A stretch of 64,000 bases of DNA from an uncultured Muribaculaceae bacterium (GCA_964560085.1 CAZLKF010000006.1:13398-77397), one strand, 5' to 3'. Positions 45,872 to 55,788 are shown, counted from the first letter of the stretch. Notes: generated by a model from the letters alone, not told the origin. Made by a program: numbers and translations.

Positions 45872-46891
45872 ATGAAACACGAAGTTGATTTAAATAGATA
45901 TAAAGTGCATACTGACTTGGCAATTGAAGATACTAATTTATTAAAAGAAAACATGAAAATCGAAAAAATTGATGATATAACAATTACTTCGATAGACATT
46001 GATCAAAAAATTTCAATAAAAACGCAAAAAAAGGTTGGAAAATATGTAACACTAGAATTTAATGATATAACTGATTATAATAACAGAACTAAATTAAAAG
46101 AAATATTTGTTAAAACTCTAAAAAAATTGATTAAAGATTTGAATTTATTAAATAAGAAATGCCTTGTTATTGGCTTAGGAAATAGTGATTCAACTCCTGA
46201 TTCTTTAGGACCACTAACTGTAAAAAAAATTATTGTTACTCGTCATATTGCCGCTTTAGGACAATTAGGTGAGGGTTTTAGCAATGTTTGTGCTTATGAT
46301 GTTGGCGTTAAAGGTCAAACAGGAATTGAAAGCTTCGAAATAATTTCTGCTATAGTGAAAACTGTGAACCCGGAATTTATTATTGTTGTTGATGCTTTAG
46401 CAAGTCAGGCTGTTGAAAGATTAAATAAAACGATTCAGATAACTGATGCTGGTATTAATCCTGGCAGTGGTATTGGAAACAATTGCCAAGAAATAAGTAG
46501 AGAAAGTTTGCAAATCCCAGTGATTGCCATTGGGGTCCCCACAGTTGTTGATGCTGTTACTATCGTTAATGATACAATAAATTATATTTATAAACATTTT
46601 ATATATGTTAAAAATAACCTCAATAATCCGGCCAACAAGCTAAAAGTAGGAAATGAGAATTACTTGAAAAAAAATATAAAAATTGATAAAAGTAGTCGTC
46701 AAGAAATACTTGGTCTTATAGGAAACTTAGATGAAGAAGAAACAAAAGAATTAATTTACGAAACTCTTTCTCCCACTGGCTATAATTTAATGGTAACGCC
46801 CAAAGAAATTGATTTTGTCATTGGTAATTTAGTTGATGTAATAAGTGGAGGAATAAATCAAGCAGTTCATGATAATGTCACTAATATGTGA
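45872..46891 (+). CDS. gpr: Germination protease GPR
   Basis: HTDLAIED, VIGLGNSDSTPDSLGP, VVDALAS and IAIGVPTVVDA match GPR signatures. Start at 45872 behind aaaggtga. Confidence 0.88.
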   Translation: MKHEVDLNRYKVHTDLAIEDTNLLKENMKIEKIDDITITSIDIDQKISIKTQKKVGKYVTLEFNDITDYNNRTKLKEIFVKTLKKLIKDLNLLNKKCLVIGLGNSDSTPDSLGPLTVKKIIVTRHIAALGQLGEGFSNVCAYDVGVKGQTGIESFEIISAIVKTVNPEFIIVVDALASQAVERLNKTIQITDAGINPGSGIGNNCQEISRESLQIPVIAIGVPTVVDAVTIVNDTINYIYKHFIYVKNNLNNPANKLKVGNENYLKKNIKIDKSSRQEILGLIGNLDEEETKELIYETLSPTGYNLMVTPKEIDFVIGNLVDVISGGINQAVHDNVTNM

Positions 46892-46935
46892 CATTTTATT
46901 TTCAAAAACACTATATACTATAATTGGTGATTAAT

Positions 46936-47760
46936 GTGAAATTAAAAATTGCTTTCTATATAATACTGATAACGCTTTTTTTAGTTGTCATTGGTACTGC
47001 TTTTTCTCGTAGTGACAATTATGTCTACAAATTAATTCACGAAAAAATTACTAATGTATTCAACAATATATATGATAATTCGCATTATCAAGGGAATGTA
47101 AACTCGGAAATTATTTATCCAGAAAAAGATATTATTATTACCTCGAAACCATTAATATATATTTATAATACACATGAAAATGAAGCTTATAGTAACGTTG
47201 GTTATGAAGAAACAGGGATAAATCCTTCGGTTAAAGATGCATCATTCTTGCTTCAAAAATATCTTAGTAATCATAAAATTGAAGCGGTTGTTGAAGAAAA
47301 TAGCTTTATTGAAATGTTAAATATTAATAATTGGCCCTATGAATCACTTTATCAGGTTAGTCGTTTTTATTTAGAAAATGCTATTAAGCGATATGAAGAT
47401 GTTAAACTTTATATTGATTTGCATCGAGATTCCATCAAAAAAAGTGAAAGTACCATCGAAATTGATGGCTTGAAATATGCCAAAATACTATTTGTAATTG
47501 GTATTTCGCATGATAAATACGAGGAAAATTTAAAAAATACCAAGACACTAAATGAAATAATAGTTTCTAAAGCTAATATAAGTAGAGGAATATTAAAAAA
47601 AACTACTAACAATGCTAATGGTATCTATAATCAAGATTTAAAGAATAATGTTATCCTAGTTGAAATAGGTGGTTATCAAAATAGTTATGAAGAAGTTTCT
47701 AACACTTTAAAAATATTAGCTGAATCAATTAAAGATTATATAGAGGCTAAAAATGGCTAA
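46936..47760 (+). CDS. spoIIP: Stage II sporulation protein P
   Basis: N-terminal TM. IYNTHENEAY and IDLHRDS motifs. Lies downstream of gpr. GTG start behind ggtga. Confidence 0.8.
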   Translation: MKLKIAFYIILITLFLVVIGTAFSRSDNYVYKLIHEKITNVFNNIYDNSHYQGNVNSEIIYPEKDIIITSKPLIYIYNTHENEAYSNVGYEETGINPSVKDASFLLQKYLSNHKIEAVVEENSFIEMLNINNWPYESLYQVSRFYLENAIKRYEDVKLYIDLHRDSIKKSESTIEIDGLKYAKILFVIGISHDKYEENLKNTKTLNEIIVSKANISRGILKKTTNNANGIYNQDLKNNVILVEIGGYQNSYEEVSNTLKILAESIKDYIEAKNG

Positions 47761-48091
47761 AGAAAAAATAATATCACGAATCAAAAACATCCTAATTTTA
47801 ACAGTGACATTATCTTTTGTAATAATATATATAGCCTCAGAAGCAGGATATTTTGACTATATTAAAAATCGTCGTGTTTCTTTAACTAGTGAGCAGATAA
47901 AAAAATTTGAACAAGATATTGAAGAAGGAAAAGTAATAGATATTGATAATTATTACGTGGATTTTGATAGTCAATATCATAACACTTTTTCCGATTTAGG
48001 AAATAATTTATCTGCGAAATTGCGTACAATCGTTAAAAGAAGCTTAAATAAAATTGTGAAATTTTTAAATGACTTCTTAAATGAAGAATAA
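47753..48091 (+). CDS. YqxA-like small membrane-anchored protein (DUF3679-like)
   Basis: 112 aa with an N-terminal TM, overlapping the spoIIP stop. Same size and position as B. subtilis yqxA. Assignment is by synteny only. Confidence 0.45.
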   Translation: MAKEKIISRIKNILILTVTLSFVIIYIASEAGYFDYIKNRRVSLTSEQIKKFEQDIEEGKVIDIDNYYVDFDSQYHNTFSDLGNNLSAKLRTIVKRSLNKIVKFLNDFLNEE

Positions 48092-48121
48092 TTTGTTATA
48101 ATAATTAAAGGAAGTGTTATT

Positions 48122-49012
48122 ATGAATTTAATCGTTGGAAGTCACGTTTCATTTACAAAGGAAACTCAATTATTAGGTAGTGTTAAAGAAGCTCTTAGTT
48201 ATGGAGCGAACACTTTAATGCTCTACACAGGGGCACCCCAAAATACAAATCGTTATCCAATTGATGATGTATTAACTGAAGAAGCAAAAGACTTAATGTT
48301 AAATAATGGAATTAATATTGATAATTTGGTTGTTCATGCACCATACATAATAAATTTGGCTAATAAAAATAGTCAAGAATTTGCAATAAATTTTCTAAAG
48401 CAAGAACTAAGTCGCATAAAGAAACTAGGTATAAAATGTTTAGTAATTCATCCAGGAAGTCATGTTGGTGCTGGGATAACAGAAGGAATAAAAAATATTG
48501 CTGATGCTTTAAATGCTGTTGCAGGGGAAGCAAAAGATATATATATTTGCTTAGAAACAATGGCTGGTAAAGGTAGTGAAATTGCTAGTAATTTTCTAGA
48601 GATAAAGCAAATAATGAATTTAGTATCTTATCCCTTATATGTTTGTATGGATACATGTCATTTAAATGATGCTGGTTATAGTATTGAGGAATTTGATAAG
48701 TTAATTGCTGAATTTGATAGCATAATTGGCCTTAAACATCTAAAATGCATTCACATTAATGATAGTGCAAATGCAAAGGATTCTCATAAAGATCGTCATG
48801 CAAATATTGGTTATGGTTCTTTGGGATTTTCTACCTTATTAAATGTTATTTATAATGAATCCCTTGCTGATGTTCCCAAAATACTAGAAACGCCATATAC
48901 ATCAATTAGTGGAGAGAGAATATATCCTCCATACAAATTTGAAATAGAAATGATTAAGAATAAAAAATTTAATGAAAACTTAGCGGAAGATATCGAAAAT
49001 TATTATAAATAA
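48122..49012 (+). CDS. nfo: Deoxyribonuclease (endonuclease) IV
   Basis: Motifs VHAPYIINL, IHPGSH, LETMAGKG, DTCHLNDAGY, IHINDS and LETP, typical of Nfo. Confidence 0.9.
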   Translation: MNLIVGSHVSFTKETQLLGSVKEALSYGANTLMLYTGAPQNTNRYPIDDVLTEEAKDLMLNNGINIDNLVVHAPYIINLANKNSQEFAINFLKQELSRIKKLGIKCLVIHPGSHVGAGITEGIKNIADALNAVAGEAKDIYICLETMAGKGSEIASNFLEIKQIMNLVSYPLYVCMDTCHLNDAGYSIEEFDKLIAEFDSIIGLKHLKCIHINDSANAKDSHKDRHANIGYGSLGFSTLLNVIYNESLADVPKILETPYTSISGERIYPPYKFEIEMIKNKKFNENLAEDIENYYK

Positions 49013-49263
49013 TTTTGATATTTTTTTTTGTACTCTATAAATAATTTGTTTATTTTAAGTGCTTTCTCCTTATTAAAGTTGTTTTTTAAAAACAAAGTAA
49101 TATCAAGATTATTATAAAGGATAGATTCCCAATTATCTTTAATATATCTAACAATTAAAGATGCTTCATTATTTGAAATCATAATGTTTTCTCTGTGTCC
49201 AAACATAATTACATCACTAACGGAAATACTATTTATATATTGTTTAATAATATTTTTAAACAT
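49003..49263 (-). CDS. Hypothetical small protein
   Basis: Start moved to the ATG at 49263 behind ggtgaagaaa (86 aa). The ORF-track extension has no RBS and would overlap the divergent PBP start. Confidence 0.4.
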   Translation of the reverse strand: MFKNIIKQYINSISVSDVIMFGHRENIMISNNEASLIVRYIKDNWESILYNNLDITLFLKNNFNKEKALKINKLFIEYKKKYQNYL

Positions 49264-49303
49264 TTTCTTCACCATCAAATTATATGAAAAAGGATGATAA
49301 ACT

Positions 49304-51067
49304 ATGTTGAACACGCGAATAAATAAAAAAATAATGATATTCAAATTTATAACGGTTATTTTATTTCTTATAATTTTTATTAAATTAGTAGATATTCAAT
49401 TAATAAAACATAAAGATTATCAAAAAGAATTGATGAGTCAAAAAAAAGAAGTATATTCACTAACTTCCCCTCGTGGGCGTATTTATGATCGTAATGGAGT
49501 ATTATTAGTTGATAATGAACCAATAAAAATAATTAGATATAGTAAATTAGATAATACGAAGTCTGAAGAAAAAGAAATATCAATAAAATTAGCTGAAATC
49601 TTAAATCTTGATAGTGAGCAAATATTAAAAAAAATGAATAATGGGTACTATTATGATATCAAAACATTAAAGGAAGATGTAACTGATCAAGAATACACAT
49701 TAATAGAAGAATTATCATTAAAAGGTGTCTTTGGGGAAATAGGATGGAAGCGAATTTATAAAAATGCAAGTTTTCGGAAAATATTGGGAAATATTTCCTT
49801 AGTTCCTGTCGAAAAAAAAGATTATTATTTAAAAAATGGTTATAGTTTAAATGATATTGTTGGAGTTTCATATATTGAAGAAGTATACGATGATATATTG
49901 AAAGGGAAAAAAAGCAAATACATTTATGATGGGGATAGTTATAAGTTGGTGGAAGAGGGAACAAGAGGGAACGATATATATTTAACTATTGATATTAAAT
50001 TGCAAGAAGAGATAGAAAAAATATTGGAAGAGCAAATTAAGAGAGCAAAGGGTGAAAAAAATACTAAATATTATAACCACTCATATGTTATTATAAGCAA
50101 CCCTAATAATGGAGAAATTTTGGCTATGTCAGGAAAGCAACTAATTGATTCACAATTTTATGATTATACGCCTAACATTTTAACCTCAACCGTAACGATG
50201 GGTTCTAGCATTAAAGGGGCATCTAATATTGTTGGATATAAAACTGGCACTTTAACAATAGGTGAACGCAGGCAAGATTATTGCATCAAAATCCTTGCGA
50301 CGGAGCCAAAATGCTCTTGGCGTGCGCTGGGAATTTTAGATGATCTAACAGCTTTAAAATATTCATCTAATAGTTATCAATTTCAAACCGCCATAAAAGT
50401 TGGACAAGGAAATTATAATTATAATAAAAAACTTTTTCTGGAAGAAACTGCTTTAGATAAATATCGTGAAATATTTGGCCAATTTGGTTTAGGAGTTAAA
50501 ACGGAAATAGATTTTTTTGAAAGCAGTGGCTATAAAGGTTCAAAAAAGAATGCAGGTTTAATATTAGATTTCGCGATTGGCCAATATGACACGTATACAC
50601 CAATGCAGTTATCACAATACATAAATACAATTGCTAATGGTGGTAAACGAATAAAACCATTAATATTGAAAGGTTATTATGATAATGGGAAATATATTAA
50701 TGTTGAGCCATTGGTTTTAAATAGAATTGATGTCGCTGATACTTATATGAAAAGAGTTCAACTTGGTTTTAAAATGGTCATGGATAGCAATGGAACCGGA
50801 TATAATTATATCAGTTCACAATATAAACCGGCAGGAAAAACAGGAACGAGTACAAGTTATATTGATCAAAATTTAGATGGAGTTGTTGAAACGGCGACAA
50901 CAACAAATACATTTGTTGGCTATGCTCCATATGATAAACCAATTGTCACGTTTACGGTTATATCGCCAAATGTGAAACCAGCTAATAGTGTTAGCAGTTA
51001 TAAAACAAATGTTAATAAGAAAATAAGTTACGAAGTTGCACGAAAGTTCTTTGAAATTTATAAATAA
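49304..51067 (+). CDS. Class B penicillin-binding protein (PBP2B/SpoVD-like transpeptidase)
   Basis: N-terminal TM. Transpeptidase motifs SSIK (SxxK), SSN (SxN), KTGT. Confidence 0.88.
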   Translation: MLNTRINKKIMIFKFITVILFLIIFIKLVDIQLIKHKDYQKELMSQKKEVYSLTSPRGRIYDRNGVLLVDNEPIKIIRYSKLDNTKSEEKEISIKLAEILNLDSEQILKKMNNGYYYDIKTLKEDVTDQEYTLIEELSLKGVFGEIGWKRIYKNASFRKILGNISLVPVEKKDYYLKNGYSLNDIVGVSYIEEVYDDILKGKKSKYIYDGDSYKLVEEGTRGNDIYLTIDIKLQEEIEKILEEQIKRAKGEKNTKYYNHSYVIISNPNNGEILAMSGKQLIDSQFYDYTPNILTSTVTMGSSIKGASNIVGYKTGTLTIGERRQDYCIKILATEPKCSWRALGILDDLTALKYSSNSYQFQTAIKVGQGNYNYNKKLFLEETALDKYREIFGQFGLGVKTEIDFFESSGYKGSKKNAGLILDFAIGQYDTYTPMQLSQYINTIANGGKRIKPLILKGYYDNGKYINVEPLVLNRIDVADTYMKRVQLGFKMVMDSNGTGYNYISSQYKPAGKTGTSTSYIDQNLDGVVETATTTNTFVGYAPYDKPIVTFTVISPNVKPANSVSSYKTNVNKKISYEVARKFFEIYK

Positions 51068-51109
51068 TTTGCTATAATATAGAAGATTGTCAAGAAGGAG
51101 GGATTTTAT

Positions 51110-51277
51110 ATGGCTAAAAAAGGCGAAAGCAGAGAAAGAGTTACTCTTCAATGCACTGTCTGTAAAAATCAAAGTTATCGTACACAAAAGAATAAAAAAA
51201 ATACAACTGAACGTTTAGAATTAAAGAAATTTTGTCCTAAATGTGCTCAAACAACTACACATAAGGAAACAAAATAA
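51110..51277 (+). CDS. rpmG: 50S ribosomal protein L33 (absent from the ORF track because it is under 60 aa)
   Basis: Own translation: [55 protein letters not shown], with the CxxC...CxxC zinc ribbon of L33. RBS aaggaggg. Confidence 0.9.
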   Translation: MAKKGESRERVTLQCTVCKNQSYRTQKNKKNTTERLELKKFCPKCAQTTTHKETK

Positions 51278-51510
51278 TGACAATTAATAGAATTAAATTA
51301 TTTTCTGGTGTACTAAGAACCATTCTTAATATTCCTGATCACGAGAAAATTATTAAAGCCCAATCAAACCAAGAATCTTTTGGTGCAACAGTATCAACTA
51401 AAGTTGAACCTTATAGATGTCCAAGAAGAAATCAAACACCAAAAAGATCAAAAACATTGATGAAAAAACGTCATATTAACAATTGGCCAAAAGAAAAAAT
51501 AGATAGGTGA
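51277..51510 (+). CDS. Hypothetical very basic 77-aa protein, possibly translationally coupled to rpmG (doubtful)
   Basis: The ATG shares a base with the rpmG TAA. The ORF ends 4 nt before efp. No recognised motif. Confidence 0.3.
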   Translation: MTINRIKLFSGVLRTILNIPDHEKIIKAQSNQESFGATVSTKVEPYRCPRRNQTPKRSKTLMKKRHINNWPKEKIDR

Positions 51511-51514
51511 TATA

Positions 51515-52072
51515 ATGATAAATGTAAATGATATAAAAAATGGAATGACCTTAATTATTGAAGAACAACTTTATCAAGTATTAGAATTTGTTCATGTTAA
51601 GCCAGGAAAAGGTGCAGCATTTATGAAAATTAAATTACGCAATTTAAGAACTGGCGGAACTATTGAAAGAACATTTAATACAAGCATGAAGTTTGAAAAA
51701 GCAATGATTGAAAAGAAGAATATGCAATTTTTATATGCTACAGGTGATATTTATAATTTTATGAATATGGAAACATATGAACAAATAGAATTATCTAAAG
51801 AACAAATTGGTGAAGAAGTTGAATATTTAAAAGAAGATTTAATGGTTGATGTCACTTTCTTTCAAGGAGAATTACTAGGAGTTATTTTACCCGAAAAAAT
51901 TGAAATGAAAGTTGTTGAAACTGAACCTGCTGTAAAAGGCAATACAACTAACAATGCTATGAAGGATGCAGTTTTAGAAACTGGTTTAAAAGTAAAAGTA
52001 CCATTATTTATTGAACAAAACGAAATAATTATTGTTTCAACTAAAGATGGTAAATATGTATCAAGAGCATAA
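51515..52072 (+). CDS. efp: Elongation factor P
   Basis: 185 aa. VKPGKGAAFMKIKLRNL loop with the conserved modified Lys. C-terminal OB domains. Confidence 0.93.
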   Translation: MINVNDIKNGMTLIIEEQLYQVLEFVHVKPGKGAAFMKIKLRNLRTGGTIERTFNTSMKFEKAMIEKKNMQFLYATGDIYNFMNMETYEQIELSKEQIGEEVEYLKEDLMVDVTFFQGELLGVILPEKIEMKVVETEPAVKGNTTNNAMKDAVLETGLKVKVPLFIEQNEIIIVSTKDGKYVSRA

Positions 52073-52409
52073 TGCAGAAATATATTATAAAGCTTTGGAG
52101 CGAGATAGTAATAAAATAGAGTTAGCTGAGCAATTAATTGCAAGTAACGATTTATATTATTTGCGTGAAATGGTTAAAAACATTGATGGAATACCTGTTG
52201 GCAGATTGCTTGCTCATATTGGAAGTGAGAATTTTGCTCGTGAAGCTTTAAATGAATGGTATGAACAAAATAATCATTTGAAAATACTTATGTATAAACA
52301 ACACATTATTATGTATTCAATACCGGCATTAATTGAAGATGATAACATATATCTAACGCATTTTATTAAACAATCATCAGCAAAAAAATTGCAATATAAA
52401 AATTTGTAA
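52032..52409 (+). CDS. Hypothetical protein (start uncertain: 52032, 52047 or 52056)
   Basis: ORF overlaps the efp 3' end. No clear RBS and no recognised domain. Confidence 0.35.
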   Translation: MFQLKMVNMYQEHNAEIYYKALERDSNKIELAEQLIASNDLYYLREMVKNIDGIPVGRLLAHIGSENFAREALNEWYEQNNHLKILMYKQHIIMYSIPALIEDDNIYLTHFIKQSSAKKLQYKNL

Positions 52410-52464
52410 GACACATATCTTGTGCCTTTTTTTGTATATATGTTATAATTATTAAGGTGATATC

Positions 52465-53172
52465 ATGAAAATAAAGAAAGCAGTACTCTTAATCCACGGA
52501 TTTGCAGGAGGAACATATGACATGGAAACCCTTGCGTGGTTACTCGGGAAAAACTTTATGTTAGATGTTTATCAATTTACTTTACCAGGGCATGGTTTTA
52601 AGGATAAAAACCTGGCTACATATAAAGAGTGGATAAAGTCAACTGATGAGAAGATTGAGACTTTAATCAATTATGGTTACAATGACATTTATGTTGTTGG
52701 TCATAGTATGGGAGGTATTTTAGCAACTTACGTGGCCTCAAAGTACAAACAAGTCAAGAAAGTAGTTCTAGCCGCACCTGCTTTTAAATACATAGCTGAG
52801 AAAGAAAATTTTTCTTTAAAAAAAACAACTTCAATTATTAATGATTATGGTTTTGATGAAGTTGCTAATCGATTTTTAAAATTACCAATTAGTGCTTTAA
52901 ATGAATTTGTTCAATTTGTAAAACAATATCAAAATTTACCTCCAAAAATTAACATTCCCATTCTAATTCTTCAAGGGACAAAAGATGACATAGTGCCAAT
53001 CAGTAGTGCGGAATATGTTTATGACAATGTCAAAACAACAAATAGGAATTTAGTTTATTTAATTGATTCTAATCATGATATTTTTAATGGTCCAAAAAAA
53101 GAAGTTGCCAACATAAAAATCGAACAATTTTTTATGGGTAATAAAGCTTACAATAAAAAGGAGTACATATGA
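52465..53172 (+). CDS. Alpha/beta-hydrolase (carboxylesterase/monoacylglycerol-lipase-like)
   Basis: LIHGFAGG oxyanion region, nucleophile elbow GHSMGG, C-terminal DSNHD (His). Confidence 0.8.
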   Translation: MKIKKAVLLIHGFAGGTYDMETLAWLLGKNFMLDVYQFTLPGHGFKDKNLATYKEWIKSTDEKIETLINYGYNDIYVVGHSMGGILATYVASKYKQVKKVVLAAPAFKYIAEKENFSLKKTTSIINDYGFDEVANRFLKLPISALNEFVQFVKQYQNLPPKINIPILILQGTKDDIVPISSAEYVYDNVKTTNRNLVYLIDSNHDIFNGPKKEVANIKIEQFFMGNKAYNKKEYI

Positions 53173-53576
53173 TAAATATACGTTTAATGAATCATGATGA
53201 GGTTGAGAAAGTAAGAAATTTAATGCATAAAACCTTATCTCAGAATTGTAAAAAAGAATACAAAAATAGTAACAATACTTTTGTTGTAGTTGCTGATATC
53301 AATGGTGAAATATGTGGAGCAGCAACGATATATGTTCATGAAGATGAATTGGTAGGTCAAAAAGATTATTTTATTAGCAATCTATGTGTTGAATATAAGT
53401 TACAAAGGCAAGGAATTGCAACACAGATTATTAAATATATCGAAGAAAAAGCTATTACTGAAGAAGTTAAATATGTTTATACTTTGGTTCCAATAAAAAG
53501 AGAGGAAACAACAAAATTGTATAATAAATTGAAATACGAATTGCGGAATATCAGTTGTTTTAGGAAAGAAATATGA
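53169..53576 (+). CDS. GNAT-family N-acetyltransferase
   Basis: Acetyl-CoA motif LQRQGIATQII. 135 aa. 4-nt overlap with the upstream gene. Confidence 0.72.
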   Translation: MINIRLMNHDEVEKVRNLMHKTLSQNCKKEYKNSNNTFVVVADINGEICGAATIYVHEDELVGQKDYFISNLCVEYKLQRQGIATQIIKYIEEKAITEEVKYVYTLVPIKREETTKLYNKLKYELRNISCFRKEI

Positions 53577-53812
53577 TTGAAGACAACGAATCTTATGAAG
53601 AAAAAATGCATACTTACATTAAATCAAATAAATTATTGTTAACAAAGAAACAAATAGAAATTTTAAATAATTACAATATCGATTATACAAAAGATGTAAA
53701 ATTTATTTTATATCAAATAGATCAATACTTAAATGATGACTATAATCAAGAATTAGATGAGTTAGCTTGTGAGATAGCTGAAAATGATTATTATAATAAT
53801 ACAAATAAATAG
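53573..53812 (+). CDS. Hypothetical small acidic protein
   Basis: 79 aa with ATGA overlap to the GNAT gene. No recognised domain. Confidence 0.4.
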   Translation: MIEDNESYEEKMHTYIKSNKLLLTKKQIEILNNYNIDYTKDVKFILYQIDQYLNDDYNQELDELACEIAENDYYNNTNK

Positions 53813-53814
53813 AA

Positions 53815-53848
53815 AAACAAATATCAGTCATTGATAATTTGTTTTTTT
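53815..53848 (+). terminator. Rho-independent terminator
   Basis: Stem aaacaaat/atttgttt, 14-nt loop, T-run. Confidence 0.55.
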
Positions 53849-53898
53849 GATTGTATAATATAAAATAGATAATAGTAGGGTTTAAAGGAAGTGATTGG

Positions 53899-54438
53899 AT
53901 GATTGATTTTACAACAAGATTTGCTCAAGCAAAAACTGGCAGTCCTGAAGCAACGGAAGTTGTTATTGGCTATTTTATGAAAAGCATCGATCAACAATTA
54001 CAAAATATGAACTTGCAATCAAACGAATATTACAAAAGATATCATGAATGTTTAAAAGCGATTTTATTAAATATTCATAAATACTATGATTATGAACACT
54101 TTATGTCGGTAACATTGAAAGAAATAAAAGAGATTATTTATTTAAATAAACCTATTTCTGAATTAAATAGTAGTCAAATCATAACAGAATCAGATTCTTA
54201 TATAAAGTCTAGGGTTTCAAGTGAAGATTTTGATTCTTTAGATGTCCCTCTTATTTATCGAGAGTGTGCAAAATCATATTATATTGATAATATGACAATT
54301 GAAGATTTAGCAAACATGTATAGATGCACAGCAACAATCATTTATAAGCGTTTAAGGACTGTTGCCAATGCAATCTTTATAAGGCGACAAAATCATTTGA
54401 AGGAAACAGATTTTGCCTTAAATAATAGAGCAATATAA
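53899..54438 (+). CDS. Small sigma-70-like / HTH protein (region-4-like C-terminus)
   Basis: AKTGSPEATEVVIGYFMKSI resembles sigma region 2.1 (GD..A...L...Y). MTIEDLANMYRCTATIIYKRLRTV resembles a region 4.2 HTH. Confidence 0.35.
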   Translation: MIDFTTRFAQAKTGSPEATEVVIGYFMKSIDQQLQNMNLQSNEYYKRYHECLKAILLNIHKYYDYEHFMSVTLKEIKEIIYLNKPISELNSSQIITESDSYIKSRVSSEDFDSLDVPLIYRECAKSYYIDNMTIEDLANMYRCTATIIYKRLRTVANAIFIRRQNHLKETDFALNNRAI

Positions 54439-54450
54439 GGAAAGAGGTAT

Positions 54451-54705
54451 ATGATGGATACAAAGAAAAAACCAGTTAATAAAAAACGAACTCCAATAAA
54501 AAGTAAAGGCAAAAAATCAGAGATAAAATGTTACATTGAATTTAATACATATAACTTATTATTTCAAATGTTATCACTTATAATTGCAATAGCAGCGGTG
54601 ACTCTAAATGCCGTAGGTAGTATTAATGTTGCAACTTTAGTAGACTTATTTATTATTGCTCTTATTTTTGCCGTTTTTAGTTTGTTTCCTAAAAAAAGAC
54701 GTTAA
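54451..54705 (+). CDS. Small membrane protein (basic N-terminus, two TMs)
   Basis: RBS aaagaggt. 84 aa. No recognised domain. Confidence 0.45.
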   Translation: MMDTKKKPVNKKRTPIKSKGKKSEIKCYIEFNTYNLLFQMLSLIIAIAAVTLNAVGSINVATLVDLFIIALIFAVFSLFPKKRR

Positions 54706-54717
54706 GTCTTTTTTTTG
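54691..54717 (+). terminator. Rho-independent terminator
   Basis: Stem aaaaaaagac/gtcttttttt with the stop codon in the loop, followed by a T-run. Confidence 0.7.
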
Positions 54718-55069
54718 TAAACAAATGTCAAAAAATCAAAAATCGACTATTATCTATCGTATAAATATGCTACGATTTAGATGAAGATAGGAGGGATATA
54801 AAGAGATAGAAATAAAAAATTATGTCGGGTTGAATAAAAAGGGAATTCGCCATTTAATAGGGAATAATTAATTAACCTCTCTCAATAATTAATTAAAGTC
54901 TCTAATGTACAAGTGTATATGATTTTGAGATTTTCTCTATTAAGAACATATAATAAGCATATAGAGTGTATTTTTACTAACTGGGTACTCTACTACGGCC
55001 GTAGAAAAATGCTTTAACATTTGCTAAATTCTTTAAACTATTATATAATACGCAAGTGAGGCGAAAAAA

Positions 55070-55786
55070 ATGGAAAGATTACAAAAGATAATTGCTAGTA
55101 GTGGTTATTGTTCACGTCGTAAAGCTGAGGATTTAATAAAAAAAGGTTCAGTTTTTGTTAATGGTCAAAAAATCACAGAGTTAGGAACTAAAGTAAATAC
55201 AAGTGATGAAATTAAAATAAATGGGGAAGTATTAACACAAGAGAATAAAGAATATTATTTGTTATATAAACCTAGAGGTGTTGTTACAACTACTAGTGAC
55301 GATAAAAATAGGAAAACGGTAATAGATTTAATAAATACTAACAAAAGAATATATCCTGTCGGTAGATTAGATTATGATACAACAGGAGTTTTATTGTTGA
55401 CTAACGATGGTGAATTTGCCAATATCTTGATGCATCCGAGTAATAATATTGAAAAGGTTTATCTAGTAAAAATTATTGGTTTATTAGCTAAAGATGAATT
55501 GGCAGCACTAAGAAATGGTGTTATTATTGATGGGATTAAAACTGCTAGAGCAAAGGTAAAAATCAAACAATATAATAAAAGTTCAAATATGTCTTTAATT
55601 GAAATAACAATTCATGAAGGTAAGAATCATCAAGTTAAAAAAATGTTTGAAGCAGTTAATCATCAAGTTGACAAATTGAAAAGAGAACGCATAGCATTTT
55701 TTGATTTGAAAGGTTTAAAATCAGGAGAATATCGTCGCTTAACAATTAAAGAAGTTAAAAAAATATATAGTTTTAAAGAAGAATAA
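55070..55786 (+). CDS. rluB: 23S rRNA pseudouridine synthase RluB family
   Basis: N-terminal S4 domain (RLQKIIASSGYCSRRKAEDLI). Catalytic VGRLDYDTTGVLLLTNDG. ...GKNHQVKKMF. Confidence 0.9.
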   Translation: MERLQKIIASSGYCSRRKAEDLIKKGSVFVNGQKITELGTKVNTSDEIKINGEVLTQENKEYYLLYKPRGVVTTTSDDKNRKTVIDLINTNKRIYPVGRLDYDTTGVLLLTNDGEFANILMHPSNNIEKVYLVKIIGLLAKDELAALRNGVIIDGIKTARAKVKIKQYNKSSNMSLIEITIHEGKNHQVKKMFEAVNHQVDKLKRERIAFFDLKGLKSGEYRRLTIKEVKKIYSFKEE

Positions 55787-55788
55787 AT

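Noticed and set aside
54706-55069. T-box, riboswitch, 6S, SRP RNA or RNase P RNA in the long intergenic region
   Set aside because: None of the conserved core sequences of these RNAs could be recognised by eye. It is kept only as an unexplained region in the findings.
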